From positions 45,252 to 109,251 of the forward strand of contig JBGAFI010000003.1 in the NCBI GenBank assembly GCA_044227325.1: DNA of 64,000 nucleotides, written 5' to 3'. The notes below the pieces were generated by a model, which searched no databases, was not told the origin of the DNA, and was given only the letters and a program-made list of their open reading frames with translations. Below are positions 63,326 to 64,000 of the stretch, one piece after another; position 1 is the first letter of the stretch, and every line of letters starts with the position of its first letter. The stretch comes from Thiobacillaceae bacterium (GTDB taxonomy: Bacteria; Pseudomonadota; Gammaproteobacteria; Burkholderiales; Thiobacillaceae). The position numbers and the translations under genes are program-made.

Positions 63326-64000
63326 ATGAATTTCCGCCATTCCGCCTTCCTGCTCGGCGCCCTCGCCGTTCCCGTCCATGCCGCGCCCGCCGACGATCCC
63401 CTCGGCGAAAAGGTGGGCGGCGCGACCACGGTGTTCGCCACCGGCCGCAACGCCTTCTCCTTCCCCGCCGCGAATCTGAGCGACCCGGAACGCACCCGCT
63501 TCGTCATCGGCAACTCCTTCTTCAAGCGCAACTGGGTGGAGGCGCCCGCCTCCACCAAGGCCCGCGACGGCCTCGGCCCCCACTTCATCGCCCGCTCCTG
63601 CGGCGGCTGCCACGTCACCGACGGGCGCGGCGCGCCGCCGGACCTGGCCAAGGGGGAGCAGCCCGTGTCCCTGCTGCTGCGCCTGTCCATCCCGGGCGTC
63701 GGCGCCCACGGCGGCGTGCTGCCCGAGCCCACCTACGGCGACCAGTTCAACAACTTCGCGGTGCAGAACGTGAAGCCGGAGGGCAAGGTGGTCATCACCT
63801 ACCGGGAGGTGGCCGGCCAATTCGCCGACGGCGCGGCCTACACCCTGCTCGCCCCCACCTACAGCTTCCGCGATCTGGGCTACGGGCCCATGGCCAGGGA
63901 CGTGCTGGTGAGTCCGCGCGTCGCCCCCCAGATCATCGGCGTCGGCCTGCTGGAGGCCATTCCGGAGGGTGACATCCTGGCCAACGCCCGGGAACAGGCG
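63326..64000 (+). CDS. DUF1111-family di-haem oxidoreductase ('thiol oxidoreductase'), 5' part, runs off right edge
   Basis: Hand translation from ATG 63326 gives MNFRHSAFLLGALAVPVHAAP...GNSFFKRNWVEAP...GLGPHFIARSCGGCHVTDGRG (CxxCH). The frame is open to position 64000. This ORF is not listed in the track because it is truncated. Confidence 0.8.
   Translation, partial: MNFRHSAFLLGALAVPVHAAPADDPLGEKVGGATTVFATGRNAFSFPAANLSDPERTRFVIGNSFFKRNWVEAPASTKARDGLGPHFIARSCGGCHVTDGRGAPPDLAKGEQPVSLLLRLSIPGVGAHGGVLPEPTYGDQFNNFAVQNVKPEGKVVITYREVAGQFADGAAYTLLAPTYSFRDLGYGPMARDVLVSPRVAPQIIGVGLLEAIPEGDILANAREQA

Overview
This is a 64 kb high-GC chromosomal segment. Typical 60-nt lines are about 63% G+C by hand count. 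Gene content and order fit a betaproteobacterium, possibly Rhodocyclales-like, but that is inference only.

The left third is the conserved origin-proximal housekeeping block: parA(3' end)-parB, atpIBEFHAGDC, glmU-glmS. It is followed by an orphan ParA-like ATPase, bioA, a DUF255 thioredoxin-domain protein, cytochrome c-551 and a livKHMGF-type ABC transporter.

Next come two adjacent secreted repeat proteins of unknown family, the first about 13% Met. After them is the E. coli-like zapB-like/zapA/6S RNA/ygfA module on the minus strand, then msbA and hemE.

A long minus-strand run of ion-transport genes follows: SSS symporter, P-type ATPase, ArsB/NhaD permease with a CBS protein, CPA2 antiporter and a small MscS-like protein. 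It continues with a MarR regulator, a FixJ-type response regulator and an AddA-like helicase-nuclease.

A visibly AT-richer island (about 40327-42945) carries a sigma54-type promoter, a type IV pilin and a GT-C/TPR membrane protein. Beyond it lie a trypsin-like protease plus a YgfX-like membrane protein, wbpO-wbpP-dacB, and an AT-rich spacer with a DnaA-box cluster in front of priA.

The remainder holds a soluble NAD-reducing [NiFe] hydrogenase operon (hoxFUYHW), an HDOD protein, a DksA-like protein fused to a histone-H1-like tail, and a shikimate-kinase-like ATPase with metA. The window ends with a Fur-box-fronted iron cluster (hemP, porin, hemP, imelysin, DUF1111 di-haem protein, truncated at the right edge).

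I recognised no rRNA, tRNA, CRISPR array, IS element or prophage. Most of the many long ORFs in the six-frame track are antisense or alternative-frame artefacts of the high GC content.

The observations most worth follow-up:
- the secreted Met-rich repeat protein pair
- the DnaA-box cluster upstream of priA
- the DksA/H1-like fusion
- the pilin/GT-C island
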